A stretch of 64,000 nt of DNA from a bacterium (GCA_965199855.1 OZ241326.1:128001-192000); one strand, 5' to 3'. Positions 10,497-21,531 are shown, counted from the first letter of the stretch. The notes: generated by a model not told the origin, from the sequence alone. Translations and numbers: made by a program.

Positions 10497-11411
10497 TCAG
10501 CCCGCCAGAATCAGGATCGTCCCCGCCACCGCCGTCGCCGCGCCCAGCGCGAGCCTGCCCGTCACGTTCTCCGTCTCCCGCAGGAACAGGTGGGAGCCCA
10601 GAATCACCAGAAGCGGCTGCGCCGAGGTGATGGCGGCGACGTTCACCGCCCAGGTGCGCGCCAGGGCGCTGCTGTAGGAGGGGATGGCTATCGTCTGGCA
10701 GAGGGCGGCGGCGAGCATCCACTTCCAGCTCGCCCGGGGGATTCTTCCGCCCCGCTCTCCCCCGGCGCCGAAGGCGAACGACAGCGCCCAGGCGAAGCCG
10801 CAGCCGATCCAGATCACCATGGCCGAGGCGGCGAGCGGGTGCACGTCGAGGGCGATGGTCTTCAGCATGACGCCCGAGGCGCTCCAGTTCAGCGTGGTGA
10901 GGCCGGCTGATACGTAGCCCCGGACGACGTCCCTTCGCGCGGGGCCCGCCGCCGCGCTCGGCTGCGCCGGGGCGGCGCGCACCACGGCGGTGATGCCCGC
11001 CGTCAGGCACAGCAATCCCAAGGCGACGGGAAGCGTGAACGGCTCGTCCAGAAAGATCGCCGCCAGCAGCGCGGTGACGGCGGGCGTGCTCGCAGCGACG
11101 GGAATCGTGCGGCTGGGGCCGATGCGCCGGATGGCGTAGTAGTAGGTGAGCCTCGATATGGCGATCATGAAGAAGCCGGTGATCGGCAACAGCGCCCAGG
11201 TTCTCGCCAGCTTCGGCGCGAAGGCGGAGGCCGGAAGCGCGAAGAAGACCAGCGCGACGGCGAACGCGCCGTTCAGGGTGGAGGTGGCCGCCGTCGTCCT
11301 GAGCAGCGGGGCGTTCTTCATCGCCAGACGGATGAAGAAGGAGAGGCTCGCCCAGCTCAGAAGCGCCGAGAGGGCGAACAGCAGGCCCGCGGCGTGGGCG
11401 GAGACGTCCAT
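10497..11411 (-). CDS. DMT/EamA family transporter
   Basis: About 10 TM segments in two EamA-like repeats. Confidence 0.85.
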   Translation of the reverse strand: MDVSAHAAGLLFALSALLSWASLSFFIRLAMKNAPLLRTTAATSTLNGAFAVALVFFALPASAFAPKLARTWALLPITGFFMIAISRLTYYYAIRRIGPSRTIPVAASTPAVTALLAAIFLDEPFTLPVALGLLCLTAGITAVVRAAPAQPSAAAGPARRDVVRGYVSAGLTTLNWSASGVMLKTIALDVHPLAASAMVIWIGCGFAWALSFAFGAGGERGGRIPRASWKWMLAAALCQTIAIPSYSSALARTWAVNVAAITSAQPLLVILGSHLFLRETENVTGRLALGAATAVAGTILILAG

Positions 11412-11556
11412 CAGCGGCTTCCAGGGTCCACGCGGACGGCGTCGAGAGCGTCTCTTTCGTCCACGATCCGCGTCCCTCCGAAAGCGAAAAGAAGCCGCCG
11501 CGAAGCCTACTACGCCGCCTTTCCCTCCGCCACGCGGCGCGCGAGGGCGGGCGGCC

Positions 11557-12723
11557 TCAAGTCTCCATCGCGCTCAGGACGGCGGAGACGAACCCCAGGA
11601 GCCGCAGCCCCTCCCGGATTCTCCGAAAAGAGAGGGCGCCTTGCCCGATTCCCACGTGGCGAAAGCCCTCCAGGACGAGGAGGGAGACGGGCTTCTCCGA
11701 GGTCTCGCCCGCCCGCTTCGCCAGCCGAACGCTCTCCGACGCCGGAACGAAGGGATCGCCGCGCCCGTGCAGAAAAAACATCGGCGCCGCAACCCTGGGC
11801 ACGACGTCGCGCATCCCCCACCGCCGCAGGCGCGCGCGCAGCTCCGCGTCCTGCCGCGCGTAGAGGGCCTCGAAGCGCCCGGGCGAGCGGTTCTCCATCA
11901 GCGCGACGAGGGCGCGGGCGCGCTCCGGCAGGCCCTCCAGCAGGCCGCTCACGTCCGCCGCCTCGTCCGCGCGCTTTCTCGAGACGATCTCCTCGATGCG
12001 GCGCCGATGCGCCTCCAGCCCCAGAAGCCTCGCGTTGTAGCGCAGGAAGAGCCACTTTCCGAGCCGGATGGGCGGGCCGCCCGCAAAGGCGGGCCGCTCC
12101 TGCCCGCCGCCCGTGGTGAGGTGCGCGAGCACGCTTTTCAGGTCGTAATAGGCGCCCACGCCGACGAAGGCGGACACCCGCGCCCCCGCTCCGGCCGCGG
12201 CGCGAAGGGCGGGCCCGGCGGCGAAGGAGAACGCCAGAAGCCCGCACTTCCCGAAAGCGCCCGCGCCGCCGCGCGTCATCCACCGCAGGATTTTTCCGAT
12301 GCGCGCGGCGTCCGCCTCCTCCGGGCGGAACCTCCTCATGCCGGGCAGGTCGGGGACGGCGACCGTGAAGCCCAGCCGCGCCAGGGCGCGCGCGAAGGCG
12401 GCGAGCCGGCTGTCCCGCCTGCCCGCCGTCGTCATGCCGTGAACGAGCGCGACGCAGCCCCTCGGGGGGGCATCGGCCGCCGAATACAGGTCCGCCTTAA
12501 TCCCTTCGGGGGCGATTCCGACCCTTCGCGGCGCCTTCGTCAGCGCGTCGAGCCAGCCGCCTTCGTCCGAGAGCGCCGCCTGCGCGAGCAGGAGGGCGCC
12601 CACGGGGTGGCGAAGCCGGGGCGAATGCGCCCGCGCGATGAAAGCCGCGAGCGCTACAAGCGCAACGAGCGCGGCGAGAAGAAGAGCGCTTCGGCGAACC
12701 GCGGGGCGCCGGAGGATGATCAG
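11557..12723 (-). CDS. Membrane-anchored or secreted alpha/beta hydrolase-like protein (start uncertain)
   Basis: N-terminal hydrophobic helix, LVHG, AFSFAAG nucleophile elbow, HGRGDPFVP, FRH. Confidence 0.7.
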   Translation of the reverse strand: MIILRRPAVRRSALLLAALVALVALAAFIARAHSPRLRHPVGALLLAQAALSDEGGWLDALTKAPRRVGIAPEGIKADLYSAADAPPRGCVALVHGMTTAGRRDSRLAAFARALARLGFTVAVPDLPGMRRFRPEEADAARIGKILRWMTRGGAGAFGKCGLLAFSFAAGPALRAAAGAGARVSAFVGVGAYYDLKSVLAHLTTGGGQERPAFAGGPPIRLGKWLFLRYNARLLGLEAHRRRIEEIVSRKRADEAADVSGLLEGLPERARALVALMENRSPGRFEALYARQDAELRARLRRWGMRDVVPRVAAPMFFLHGRGDPFVPASESVRLAKRAGETSEKPVSLLVLEGFRHVGIGQGALSFRRIREGLRLLGFVSAVLSAMET

Positions 12724-15611
12724 CCCGCCTTCGCCCCGTCGAGGCGCGCCCTGAGAAAGGCGCCCGTGTGCGAGCGGGGGCTTCGCGCCACCTCCTCGGG
12801 CGTCCCCTCGGCGACGATGCGGCCGCCCGCCTCCCCGCCCTCGGGGCCCAAGTCGATCACCCAGTCCGCCGCGCGAATCACGTCCAGATTGTGCTCGACG
12901 ACGACCACCGTGTTCCCCATTCCCACCAGGCGCGTCAGCACGTTCAGCAGCCGCTCCACGTCCTGAAAGTGCAACCCCGTCGTGGGTTCGTCCATGAGAT
13001 ACATCACCCCCCGGGGGGGGCGGGCGGCGAGCTGGCCCGCTATCTTGAGCCGCTGCGCCTCCCCGCCCGAGAGCGTGCTCACGGGCTGGCCGACGCGCAG
13101 ATAGTTCAGCCCCACGTCGCGCAGGATGAGCAGCTTGTTCAGCACCGGGGGGACGTGGCCGAAGAAGAGCATGGCCTCGTCCACCGTGAGGTTCAGCGCC
13201 TCGTGAACGTTCTTTCCCTTGTATTCGATCTCCATCGTCTGCGGCTTGAAGCGCCTGCCCTCGCAGTCCGGACAGCGGATGAACAGATCCGCCATGAAGT
13301 GCATCTCGATCTTGCGGATGCCGCTTCCCGCGCAGGATTCGCACCGCCCGCCGGGGGCGTTGAAGGAGAAGTGGCCGGGGCCATAGCCCATGCTCCGCGC
13401 CCGGGGCGTTCCGGCGAAGAGGCGGCGAACCGCGTCGTAGGCCTTCAGATAGGTGAGGGGGTTGCTGCGGGGGCTTTTCCCGATGGGGCTCTGATCGAGC
13501 AGGGCGACGGAGGCGAGCGCCTCGAATCCCTCGATGCGGCGGAAGCGGCCGATGGGGCCCTTCCCCTCGTGGAGAATCCGCGCCAGCGCCGGGTAGAGGG
13601 TGCCGCGTATGAGCGTGCTCTTGCCGGAGCCGGAGACGCCCGTGACCGCCGTCAGACGCCCCAGGGGAACGCGGAGGTTCACCCCCTTCAGGTTGTTCTC
13701 CCGCGCCCCCAGCAGGCGGAGGCGGGCGCCGTTGGCCTCCGCCTTCCTCCGCGCCCTCCTCGGGGCGACTTCGCGCTCGCCTCTCAGGAATTTCGCCGTC
13801 GCCGACCTCGCGCACCCGGCCAGCGCCTCCCGGGGCCCCGAGAAGACCACCTCGCCGCCGCGCTCGCCCGCGCCGGGCCCCAGGTCCACGACGTGATCCG
13901 CCTCGTTGATGATGTCGCGGTCGTGCTCGACCACGAGCAGGGTGTTGCCCCGCTCCACCAGCTCCTTGAGGATGCCCGCCAGCCGCGCGTTGTCCCTCGG
14001 ATGCAGCCCGATGGTCGGCTCGTCCAGGATGTAGAGCGTGCCCGTGAGGTGCGCGCCCAGCTGGTTCGCCAGGTTGATGCGCTGGTGCTCGCCGCCGGAG
14101 AGGGTTCTCGTCTCCCGATCCAGGGTGAGGTACTCCAGTCCCGCCTTGTGGAGAAAATCGAGGCGGTCGCGCACCTGCCGCGCGACGTCGCCCGCGCGCG
14201 CGTCCTGCTCCGGCGTCAGCGGCGGGGCGCGGAAATACTCCCGGAGCGCCTTGACCGGCATGGCGCAGATCTCGGAGATGGAGCGTCCCCCCAGCCTGAT
14301 CCGCAGCGCCTCGGGCCGCAGGCGCGCCCCCTTGCAGGCGGGGCAGACCTGCTGGCTCTGGTAGCGCCGGATGAGGACGCGCACCCACACCTTGTATTTC
14401 CTTCTCTTGAGCCGCTCGAAGAACGGACAGACCCCCAGGAGCTCCTCCGAACCCTCGAACACCATCTTCTTCTGGCGGGGCGGCATCTTCTCCCAGGGGA
14501 CGTGGATGTCGAGGCCCTCGCGGGCGGCGGCCTGCTGCAGCTGCCGGCCGAAGTGCCGGCGGTAGCGCGGCCGCGTCCACGGCTCCACCGCGCCCTGGGC
14601 GAGCGTCTTTCCGGGGTCGGGGATGATGAGGGACTCGTCGAGGCTGAGCGTCTTCCCGAACCCGCCGCACTCCGGACACGCCCCGTTCGGGTTGTTGAAG
14701 CTGAAGGTGTGCGGAACGGGCGGCTCGAACGCATGGCCGCAGCATTCGAGCTTCCGGCTGAACCGCAACCGGGGGCCGTCCACGAGCTGGACCTCGGCGA
14801 CGCCGCCTCCCTCCCGGAAGGCCGTCTCCAGCGACTCGCCCAGGCGCGCGCGGTTCCGGGGCGAGATTTTCAGGCGATCCGCCACGACGCGGATCGCGCG
14901 ATGGTTCCGCGTCCCCGCCGCCTTCCGCGCGGGCCTCCCCCGGCGCGGGCGGCCGCGCTTTGCGGCCGGGGGCGGCGCGCACCCCCCGAGCCGCTCGACG
15001 AGGGCGGGGCCGATTTCGAGAATCTCCTCGTCCGCCATGACGCGGACGAAGCCCCGCGCCATCAGCGATCTCAGCTCCTCCTCCAGGCTCTCCGCCTCGC
15101 CCTCGTCCGGCGGCAGGGGGAACAGGATGAAGCCCCGCGCGTCCGCGTAGGCGTCCAGCAGAAGCGAGACCACGCCGTCCACCGTGGCGGGGGCGACCTC
15201 GCCGCCGCAGTCGGGGCAGTGAATCTTCCCGGCCCTGGCGAAGAGCAGGCGGAGGTAGTCGTAAATCTCGGAAGCCGTGCCCACCGTGGAGCGCGAGTGG
15301 TTCACCGGATTGTATTGCTCGATGGCGATGGCGGGGCTGATGCCCTCGATGCAGTCCACGTCGGGCTTGTCCACCCGCTCCAGGAACTGCCGCGCGTAGG
15401 TGGAGAGGCTCTCCACGTAGCGGCGGTGGCCCTCCGCGTAGATGGTGTCGAACGCCAGGGAGGATTTTCCCGATCCGCTCGGCCCGGTGACGACGATGAA
15501 CCGCTCCCTCGGCAGGCGCAGGGAGACGTCCTTGAGGTTGTGCTCCCTTGCGCCCTCGACGCGGATGTCCTCCATGAAGGAGGCGGCGGGGGCGGAATCC
15601 TGCGCGCTCAT
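12720..15611 (-). CDS. uvrA: Excinuclease ABC subunit A
   Basis: [22 protein letters not shown], two LSGGE ABC signatures, Zn-finger CxxC pairs. Confidence 0.95.
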   Translation of the reverse strand: MSAQDSAPAASFMEDIRVEGAREHNLKDVSLRLPRERFIVVTGPSGSGKSSLAFDTIYAEGHRRYVESLSTYARQFLERVDKPDVDCIEGISPAIAIEQYNPVNHSRSTVGTASEIYDYLRLLFARAGKIHCPDCGGEVAPATVDGVVSLLLDAYADARGFILFPLPPDEGEAESLEEELRSLMARGFVRVMADEEILEIGPALVERLGGCAPPPAAKRGRPRRGRPARKAAGTRNHRAIRVVADRLKISPRNRARLGESLETAFREGGGVAEVQLVDGPRLRFSRKLECCGHAFEPPVPHTFSFNNPNGACPECGGFGKTLSLDESLIIPDPGKTLAQGAVEPWTRPRYRRHFGRQLQQAAAREGLDIHVPWEKMPPRQKKMVFEGSEELLGVCPFFERLKRRKYKVWVRVLIRRYQSQQVCPACKGARLRPEALRIRLGGRSISEICAMPVKALREYFRAPPLTPEQDARAGDVARQVRDRLDFLHKAGLEYLTLDRETRTLSGGEHQRINLANQLGAHLTGTLYILDEPTIGLHPRDNARLAGILKELVERGNTLLVVEHDRDIINEADHVVDLGPGAGERGGEVVFSGPREALAGCARSATAKFLRGEREVAPRRARRKAEANGARLRLLGARENNLKGVNLRVPLGRLTAVTGVSGSGKSTLIRGTLYPALARILHEGKGPIGRFRRIEGFEALASVALLDQSPIGKSPRSNPLTYLKAYDAVRRLFAGTPRARSMGYGPGHFSFNAPGGRCESCAGSGIRKIEMHFMADLFIRCPDCEGRRFKPQTMEIEYKGKNVHEALNLTVDEAMLFFGHVPPVLNKLLILRDVGLNYLRVGQPVSTLSGGEAQRLKIAGQLAARPPRGVMYLMDEPTTGLHFQDVERLLNVLTRLVGMGNTVVVVEHNLDVIRAADWVIDLGPEGGEAGGRIVAEGTPEEVARSPRSHTGAFLRARLDGAKAG

Positions 15612-15702
15612 GGCTTCCCAGGGCTGAAGGGGACGGCGCGGGCGGCGAAGAAATCAAGCCCGCCAGTATGAGCCGCGTCGAGAGGCGCGTCAACGGGGGG
15701 CG

Positions 15703-16489
15703 TCAAATCCCCCGCAGCCGCCCGCCGTCCACGGCGAACGCCCCGCCCGATACGTAGCTCGCCTCGGGCGAGGCCAGAAACGCCACCATCGCGCCGAACT
15801 CCTCGGGCGCGCCCAGGCGGCCGAGCGGCGCCTCCCGCCCGGCGCGCGCCGCGGCCTCCTCGAAGGAAATCCCCAGCCGCCGGGCGGCGGCCGCGATTCC
15901 CTCGCGCGCGCGCTCCGTATCGATGACGCCGGGAAGCACGGCGTTGACCAGGATGTTCTCCGGCCCCAGGGCGCAGGAGAGCGACTTCGCCAGGCCGGCC
16001 GCGGCCGGCCGCATGACGTTCGAGAGCAGGAGATCGTCGATGGGCTCGCGCGCCGAGCTCGACAGGATGAACACGATTCTCCCGCCGCCGCGCGCCCGCA
16101 TGTGGGGCAGCGCCTCTCGGACGAGCCGCACCGCGCTCATCACGCCGAAGCTCGAACGCGGCGCGCCAGTCATCGTCGCCGAAATCCTCGAACCTCCCCC
16201 GGGGCGGGCCGCCCGCGTTGGCGACCAGAACGTCCGCGCCGCCGAAGCGGGAGGCGGCCCCGCGCACGAACTTCCGCGCCCCCGCCGCCTCGCTCACGTC
16301 CGCCGCGCAATGCCAGGTCTCCACGCCGGCGCGCGCGGCTATTTCCGCCGCGGCCGCGGCGCAGGCGGCCTCGTCCCGCGAGCAGACGGCCACGCGCGCC
16401 CCCCGCATCGCCAGCCTGAGCGCCGAGGCGCGCCCCAGCCCCCGGCTCGCGGCCGCCACCAGGGCGATTTTTCCCTCCATGTCCCGCAT
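15703..16489 (-). pseudogene. SDR family oxidoreductase with a single-base frameshift near 16149
   Basis: AASRGLG/NAGG half and VMSAVRL...GRLGAPEE...VDGG half are offset by one extra base (TTC GAG CTT C GGC GTG ATG). Confidence 0.75.
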
Positions 16490-16619
16490 CGGGCTTCCTC
16501 CCTGCCGCTCCCGTCATCGCGCCCGGGACGGCGAAGAAGCGGCGGGCCGCCGCCGCCGCGCTCCCGGCGAATTTCTCCGCCATGACCGCATTCAAGGGCA
16601 TCGGCCGCGCGAGGGCAAG

Positions 16620-16820
16620 CGGGCGGTTCCTTCTCAGAGGTCCCCGCGGGGCCAAGCGTGGTTCGCCTTCGCAGGGGCGACCCCTCCCCAAGGCCGCCCG
16701 TTTCGGATGCTCGCGCGTCGGCGGGAGGCGAACCCGGCGAAGGACAACCCGGGGGGTTGTCCCTGCGACCCGCGGCGTCCCCGTAGAGCCACGCATCGCC
16801 CCCCCTGCGGAACCAGCCCG
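16620..16820 (-). ncRNA. Candidate long rod-shaped structured RNA (6S-like size, family unassigned)
   Basis: Nested helices GGTTCC/GGAACC, CAGGGG/CCTCTG, GCGTGG/CCACGC, TCGCAGGG/CCCTGCGA, GGGTTGTCC/GGGCGGCCT in a gene-free gap. Confidence 0.5.
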
Positions 16821-16872
16821 TCCGTCCCCGCGAACGAAACGGGCGGGGGGCGACGCTCATCCCCCGCGCCCG

Positions 16873-18540
16873 TCACGCCCCGGCGGCGCGCTCCCGCTCC
16901 CGCAGGGCGCCGCGCCGTATCTTCCCCGTGGGCGTGAGGGGCAGGCTCTCGATGAACTCCACGGCGCGGGGCCGCTTGTAGGGGGCGATTTGCTCCTTCA
17001 CGAACTCCTGGAGCTCCCGCGCGAGCGCCGCGAGCGCCGCGAGCGCCGCCGGGGCGTCGGCCGCGTCCGCCTCCGCCGGAACGACGAACGCCTTGACGAT
17101 CTCGCCGCGCTCGGGGTTCGGCGAGCCGACCACCGCGCAGGCGCGCACCGCCGGGTGCTCCAGCAGGACGGCCTCCACCTCGAGGCCCGAGACGCCGTAG
17201 CCGCCGGTGTTGATCATGTCGTCGGCGCGCGCCTCGAAGGAGACGCGGCCCTCCCCATCCATGCGGCAGAGGTCTCCCGTGAGGTTCCAGCCGTCGCGCA
17301 CGTAGTTCCTCTGCCGCTCCGCGTCGTCGAGATAGCGGCACCCGGTGGGGCCCTTCACGATGAGCTGCCCCGTCTCGCCGGGGGGCAGGTCGCGCATCGC
17401 CTCGTCCACGACGCGCACCCGGTAGCCCGGCACGGCGCGGCCGATGCTGCCGGGGCGCGCCTCCTCCGCCCCCGCCGAGACGAAGATGTGGAGCAGCTCG
17501 GAGACGCCCAGGCCGTTGATGATCGAAACCCCCGTCCGCTCGCGCCATTCGCGCAGCACGGCGGGGGCGAGCGGCTCCCCTCCCGCGACGCAGGCGCGCA
17601 GGCTGCCCAGGTCGCGCGCCTCGGGGACGTCGAGCATCTGCCGGTAGCCCGAGGGCGTGCTGAAGCACACCGTCGCCCGGTATCGCTCGATGGCCGCCAG
17701 CAGCTCCCGGGGCGTTCCCCGCTCCAGCAGAACCATGGAGCTCCCGAAGCGCAGGGCGTCCGTGACGAAGGCGCAGAACCCGTAGAGAAAGGCGATCTGC
17801 GGACTGCCGCAGACGATATCGTCGGGCCCCAGGCCGAAGAGGCGGCCGGGAAACGCATCCGCGACGGCGAGCAGGTCCCGGTGAAAGTGCATCGTGCCCT
17901 TGGGCGTCCCCGTGGAGCCGGAGGTGAAGCCGATGAGGGCGACGTCGTCCGCCGCCGTGTCCGCGGCCCGGTATTCGGGCGGCGCCTGCGCCATGAGCGC
18001 CTCGAGGCCGTCGGCGCCGCCCCCGCCGAAGCGGACGACGCTCCCGAGGAAGCGGGAGGACTTCGCCGCGGCGAGCAGATCCGCCTCCAGCCGCGCGTCG
18101 CAGATCGCGAACCCGACCCGCGCCTTCTCCGCCACGTAGGCCAGCTCGCGCGCGCGCATGACAGGCATGGTCGGCACCAGGACGCCGCCCGCCTTCAGCA
18201 CGCCCAGGCAGGCGGCCACGAGCATCGGGTGGTTCGAGGCGCGAAGCAGCACGCGGCCCCCGGGCGGGAGGCCCAGCCGATCGGTCATCACCCGGGCGAT
18301 GCGGTCGGCGTTCTCCCGCAGCGCGCGGTAGCTCCAGAGGGTCTCGCCGAAGTATACGGCGGGCCGCTCCCCCCGCGCGCCTTCCGCCATCGCGTCGATG
18401 AGCGCGGCGCCCGCGTTCAGCCGGGGCGGATAGGCCGCCAGCTCCGGCAGGACGCCGTAGTCCATCTCCGGCCACAAGCGTTCGGGCGGAAGGTTCTCCC
18501 GCGCGAAGGCGTCCTCGTGGCCGCTCGGCTCAGCCGGCAT
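16873..18540 (-). CDS. 2-aminobenzoate/benzoate-CoA ligase-like AMP-binding protein
   Basis: N-terminal HEDAFARENLPP, FTSGSTGTPKGTMHFH, KGPTGCRYL, TGKIRR. Confidence 0.88.
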   Translation of the reverse strand: MPAEPSGHEDAFARENLPPERLWPEMDYGVLPELAAYPPRLNAGAALIDAMAEGARGERPAVYFGETLWSYRALRENADRIARVMTDRLGLPPGGRVLLRASNHPMLVAACLGVLKAGGVLVPTMPVMRARELAYVAEKARVGFAICDARLEADLLAAAKSSRFLGSVVRFGGGGADGLEALMAQAPPEYRAADTAADDVALIGFTSGSTGTPKGTMHFHRDLLAVADAFPGRLFGLGPDDIVCGSPQIAFLYGFCAFVTDALRFGSSMVLLERGTPRELLAAIERYRATVCFSTPSGYRQMLDVPEARDLGSLRACVAGGEPLAPAVLREWRERTGVSIINGLGVSELLHIFVSAGAEEARPGSIGRAVPGYRVRVVDEAMRDLPPGETGQLIVKGPTGCRYLDDAERQRNYVRDGWNLTGDLCRMDGEGRVSFEARADDMINTGGYGVSGLEVEAVLLEHPAVRACAVVGSPNPERGEIVKAFVVPAEADAADAPAALAALAALARELQEFVKEQIAPYKRPRAVEFIESLPLTPTGKIRRGALRERERAAGA

Positions 18541-19480
18541 TTCGCCTCACCTCCGGCAGGAGCTCCTCCGCCAGCCTCCGCATCTGCGCCTCCTCCGCTT
18601 CCGCGGGCGCCGCCGCCTTGAAGATGACGTGCCGCGCCCCCGCCTCGCCGAACGCGCGCAGCGTCTCCGCGCACCGCTCGACGGAGCCTCGCAGCAGATA
18701 CTTCCGCGCCGCCTCGCCCATGTCCATCCCGTAGCGCGCCGAGAGATTCTCCGCCCCCTCCGAGAGGGCGCGGCGCTCATCGGCGCGCAGGTTGAAGAAC
18801 AGATGAAGCGCGGGCGTCCAGGGCCTTCCCGAATCGCCCGGCGCGCGCCCCTCCCCGGCGGCGAGGCGGCGGATTTCCTCCAGCCCCCGCCGGTAGCGCG
18901 CGGGAGAGAACAGATAGGGAACCCAGCCGTCCCCCAGGAGGGCGGCGCGCCTCCGCGCGGCGGCGCTTCTGCCGCCCACCCATATCGGCGGGCCGCCCGC
19001 GCTCGGGGGCGGGGGGCTCTGCCGCGCCTCCCGGAAGCGGAAGAAGCGCCCCCGGTGGCTCACGGCCTCCCCCGACCACAGCTTGCGCAGAACCTCGACG
19101 GCCTCGTCCGTCCGCGCGCCGCGCTCGGCGCGGGGAACGCCGCAGAGGTCGAACTCCTCCGGCGCCTCGCCGCCGACCCCGATTCCCAGGACGAAGCGCC
19201 CGCCCCCGCTCAGGTAGTCCACGGCGGCCGCGGCCTTGGCGGCGACGGCCGGCCGCCGCAGGGGCAGGAGATAGACCAGGCTGCCCAGGGTGACGCGCGC
19301 GGTGCGGGCCGCGGCGGCGAGGGCGGCCAGGCTCTCCAGATACGCCCCGCGAAACGCCAGATGATCGTCCAGCCAGAAGGAGTCGAAGCCCGCCCGCTCG
19401 ACCTTCTCGGCGAAGGCGAGGAAATCCGCGGGCGAGGGCGCGCCGCCCGGCTGCATTCCGTGGCCGTAGCCGCATTTCAT
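18530..19480 (-). CDS. LLM-class flavin-dependent oxidoreductase
   Basis: GFDSFWLDDH, GRFVLGIGVG, PPIWVGG. Confidence 0.9.
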   Translation of the reverse strand: MKCGYGHGMQPGGAPSPADFLAFAEKVERAGFDSFWLDDHLAFRGAYLESLAALAAAARTARVTLGSLVYLLPLRRPAVAAKAAAAVDYLSGGGRFVLGIGVGGEAPEEFDLCGVPRAERGARTDEAVEVLRKLWSGEAVSHRGRFFRFREARQSPPPPSAGGPPIWVGGRSAAARRRAALLGDGWVPYLFSPARYRRGLEEIRRLAAGEGRAPGDSGRPWTPALHLFFNLRADERRALSEGAENLSARYGMDMGEAARKYLLRGSVERCAETLRAFGEAGARHVIFKAAAPAEAEEAQMRRLAEELLPEVRRNAG

Positions 19481-19506
19481 CCCCTCCGTCACGGCCCCCT
19501 CCCGAA

Positions 19507-21531
19507 TCAGCCCGAGGCGCGCAGGTGAAGATGCCCCAGGGCGCCGCGCCGCGCCGTCCAGCCGGGCGGGACGAGGGTGACGGCGCCGTATTCCTCGATG
19601 ACGGCGGGGCCGGGCATATCCAGGTCGATGGGCAGGGCGTCCCGCCGATAGACCGGGCAATCGACGGCGCCCTCCCCGAAGACGACCCCGCGCCTCTCCG
19701 CCAGCGCGCCCTCGAGCCCCCCCGCCGGCGCCTTCGCCCGCGTCCACTCCAGCTTGTCCGCCACGCCCGAGGCGCGCGTCCGCAGGCTGACGATCTCGAT
19801 CGGCTCCCCGGGGTGGGAATGCCCGTAGCGCCGCTCGTAGCGGGCGTGAAAATCCTCAGCCAGCGCGTCCAGCCAGTCCGCGTCCTCCCGCGCCGGAATC
19901 GTCAGCTCGAACGCCTGCCCGACGTAGCGGACGTCCGCGAAGCGCAGGGTCTGAATCTCGTCCAGGCCGGCCGCGCGCAGACGGCGCTCGCAGGGGGCGG
20001 CCAGCCTCTCGAAGGCGCGCTCCAGGGCGCGCGCGTCCGCGTCCGCAAGCGGGGTGAAATGCGTCCCCACGCTCTCCTGAACGGCGTCCGCCATGAGGAG
20101 GCCCACGGCCGAGAAATTCCCCGGAAGCCTCGGCACGACGACGCTCGGGACGCCCAGCTCCTCCGCGACGAGGGCGGCGTGCAGCGGCCCCGCCCCCCCG
20201 TAGGCGAGCAGGGCGTGCTCCCTCGGGTCGAAGCCGCGCTCGATGGAAATCTCGCGGATGGAGCTCACCATCCTCATTACGGCGACCTCGACGACTCCCC
20301 GCGCCATCGCGGCCGCGCCGCCCACGCCCATCTCCTCCGCCAGCGACGCGAGGGCGCGGCGCGCCCTGTCGGGATGAAGCGCGAGCCCCCCGGCCAGGAG
20401 CGCGCGGGGGCCGATGCGGGAGAGGACGACGTTCGCGTCCGTCACCGTCGGCGCCTCGCCGCCGAAGCCGTAGCACGCGGGGCCCGGGCGCGCCCCCGCG
20501 CTCCTGGGGCCGACGCGGAGCGCGCCGTCCGCGTCCCGCCAGGCGACGCTCCCCCCGCCCGCGCCCACGGTGCTGATCTGGAGATGGGGCGTCCTGAGAG
20601 GATAGGAGGCGACCGCGCCGTCCCGGGCGATGACGGGCCGGCGATCCCGGACGAGGCACACGTCCGTGCTGGTGCCGCCCATGTCGCAGGTGATGAGATG
20701 GTCGATGCCCAGCGCCCCGGCGAGGGCGACGCCGCCCACGACGCCGCCCGCGGGCCCCGAGAGGATGGTCTGCACGGGAAGGCGCGCGGCGCGCTCCGCG
20801 TCCAGCATTCCGCCGTTCGAGGCCATGACGAACAGGGGGGCGCGGACGCCCCTCGCCCGAAGCGCCGCCTCCAGGCGGCTCAGGTAGTTCCGCACCCCGG
20901 GCCCGATGTAGGCGTTGAGCGCCGTCGTCGAGAAGCGCTCGAACTCGCGATGCTCGGGCGCGACCTCGTGCGAGAGGGAGAGATAGGCTTCCGGCCAGAT
21001 TTTCCGCAGGCGCGCCGCCGTCCGCCTCTCGTTCTCCCCGTTCGCGTAGGCGTGCAGATAGCAGACGGCGACGGCCTCGACGCCCAGACGCTTCAGGCGC
21101 GCGGCCTGCGCCTCGACCTCCGCCTCCTCCGCGCGAGCCTCCACGCGCCCGTCCGCCAGGACGCGCTCGCCGATCTCGAAGCGCATCTCGCGGGGGACGA
21201 TCGGCCCGGGCCGGACGAACTTCGCGTCGAACAGGCTGTGGGGGACGAGGCGCTGCGTCCGCCCGATTTCCAGAACGTCGCGGAAGCCGCGCGTCGTCAG
21301 GAGGGCGGCGCGCGCCCCCGCGCCCTCCAGAATCGCGTTGGCGCCGACGGTGGTGCCGTGCGTGATCCGGCCGATCGGGGAGGCGTCCAGACGCGCCAGC
21401 GCCTCGAGGAAGACCTCGTCCTCCCTTCCCCGAATCGTGGGAACCTTGAAGGCTTCCGTCCGCCCCGCGTCCTCATCGTAGAAAACGAGGTCGGTGAAGG
21501 TTCCTCCGGTGTCTATCCCGACGAGACCCAA
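19507..21531 (-). CDS. Hydantoinase/oxoprolinase subunit A
   Basis: GIDTGGTFTD, HGTTVGANA, SGPAGG, DMGGTSTD, GAGGGS; TTG start inferred. Confidence 0.92.
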   Translation of the reverse strand: MGLVGIDTGGTFTDLVFYDEDAGRTEAFKVPTIRGREDEVFLEALARLDASPIGRITHGTTVGANAILEGAGARAALLTTRGFRDVLEIGRTQRLVPHSLFDAKFVRPGPIVPREMRFEIGERVLADGRVEARAEEAEVEAQAARLKRLGVEAVAVCYLHAYANGENERRTAARLRKIWPEAYLSLSHEVAPEHREFERFSTTALNAYIGPGVRNYLSRLEAALRARGVRAPLFVMASNGGMLDAERAARLPVQTILSGPAGGVVGGVALAGALGIDHLITCDMGGTSTDVCLVRDRRPVIARDGAVASYPLRTPHLQISTVGAGGGSVAWRDADGALRVGPRSAGARPGPACYGFGGEAPTVTDANVVLSRIGPRALLAGGLALHPDRARRALASLAEEMGVGGAAAMARGVVEVAVMRMVSSIREISIERGFDPREHALLAYGGAGPLHAALVAEELGVPSVVVPRLPGNFSAVGLLMADAVQESVGTHFTPLADADARALERAFERLAAPCERRLRAAGLDEIQTLRFADVRYVGQAFELTIPAREDADWLDALAEDFHARYERRYGHSHPGEPIEIVSLRTRASGVADKLEWTRAKAPAGGLEGALAERRGVVFGEGAVDCPVYRRDALPIDLDMPGPAVIEEYGAVTLVPPGWTARRGALGHLHLRASG

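Noticed and set aside
16620-16820. SRP RNA, RNase P RNA, tmRNA, or TPP/cobalamin riboswitch
   Set aside because: Their conserved signature sequences were not found on either strand
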